Positions 63,579 to 64,000 of a stretch of DNA of 64,000 bases are shown here, in pieces. The stretch covers positions 193,874,001 to 193,938,000 of the forward strand of contig OZ296648.1 in assembly GCA_965655095.1 (NCBI GenBank). The letters run 5' to 3'. Each line of letters opens with the position of its first letter. Position 1 is the stretch's first letter. This stretch comes from Haplodiscus bocki. Lineage: Eukaryota. Position numbers and translations under genes: made by a program. Below the pieces are notes generated by a model. That model saw only the letters and a list, made by a program, of their open reading frames with translations, was not told the origin of the DNA and searched no databases.

Positions 63579-63929
63579 ATGACCTTTTTCCATCTTTTGA
63601 ACTGTGCTGCAGTCACCTGTGCGCCTTTCGTTATAACTTACAAGTGCACTATTCTCTCCGAGTACAGCAGTTTCTGGAAGTGCGCCCAAGCAGGTGCGTT
63701 TTATCTCGTGACCCAGCTAGTCAAACTGTTGATTCTGGCCACTTTCTTTCCGGCCACGGTGGGAGATATTTCCAGTTCGGGTTCCGCGGTCGGAGGAGTG
63801 CTCAATGTGGCCAGGTCGAGTGTTGACCTGTTGGATTTGGCGGGGATTTATTTCGCGATGGAGCAGCTCAGTGGGGGAAAGGGAGAAATTAAGTTCATGA
63901 TTGCGGGCACTGGCTGGGCTGCTGCAGAG
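63579..63929 (+). CDS. TMEM147: Transmembrane protein 147 (BOS complex subunit), first coding exon
   Basis: MTFFHLLNC..PFVITYKCTILSEYSSFWKCAQAG..YLVTQLVKLLILATFFP..SSVDLLDLAG..GKGEIKFMIAGTGWAAAE; donor gag|GTAAGT. Confidence 0.95.
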
Positions 63930-64000
63930 GTAAGTTAGTCGAATAGTAATTATAATTTACCCCTATGCTGCGTACAGAAAAGTGTGGTGATTTTTTGAAT

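Overview
AT-rich, intron-rich animal genomic DNA, probably an invertebrate; the species cannot be determined from the window. Most of the window (299-59323, + strand) is the 3' portion of a CEP192/SPD-2-like centrosomal gene. I can place about 18 exons by splice-site phase and by recalled similarity to the ASH/Ig-like domains of CEP192. One of its introns holds a complete but decayed 13,952-bp Polinton/Maverick (adintovirus-like endogenous virus, 9901-23852). It has ~155-bp terminal inverted repeats, a perfect 6-bp GTTATT target-site duplication, and remnants of all six core genes (pPolB, protease, major capsid, minor capsid, integrase, packaging ATPase) plus several small unassigned ORFs. Later introns contain a nested antisense membrane-protein exon, a near-perfect 317-bp inverted repeat that brackets a candidate CEP192 exon, a heavily decayed Gypsy-like pol, and many small repeats. 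The window ends in the first coding exon of TMEM147, preceded by a possible upstream ORF. All protein assignments come from motif recognition by eye; no searches were run.
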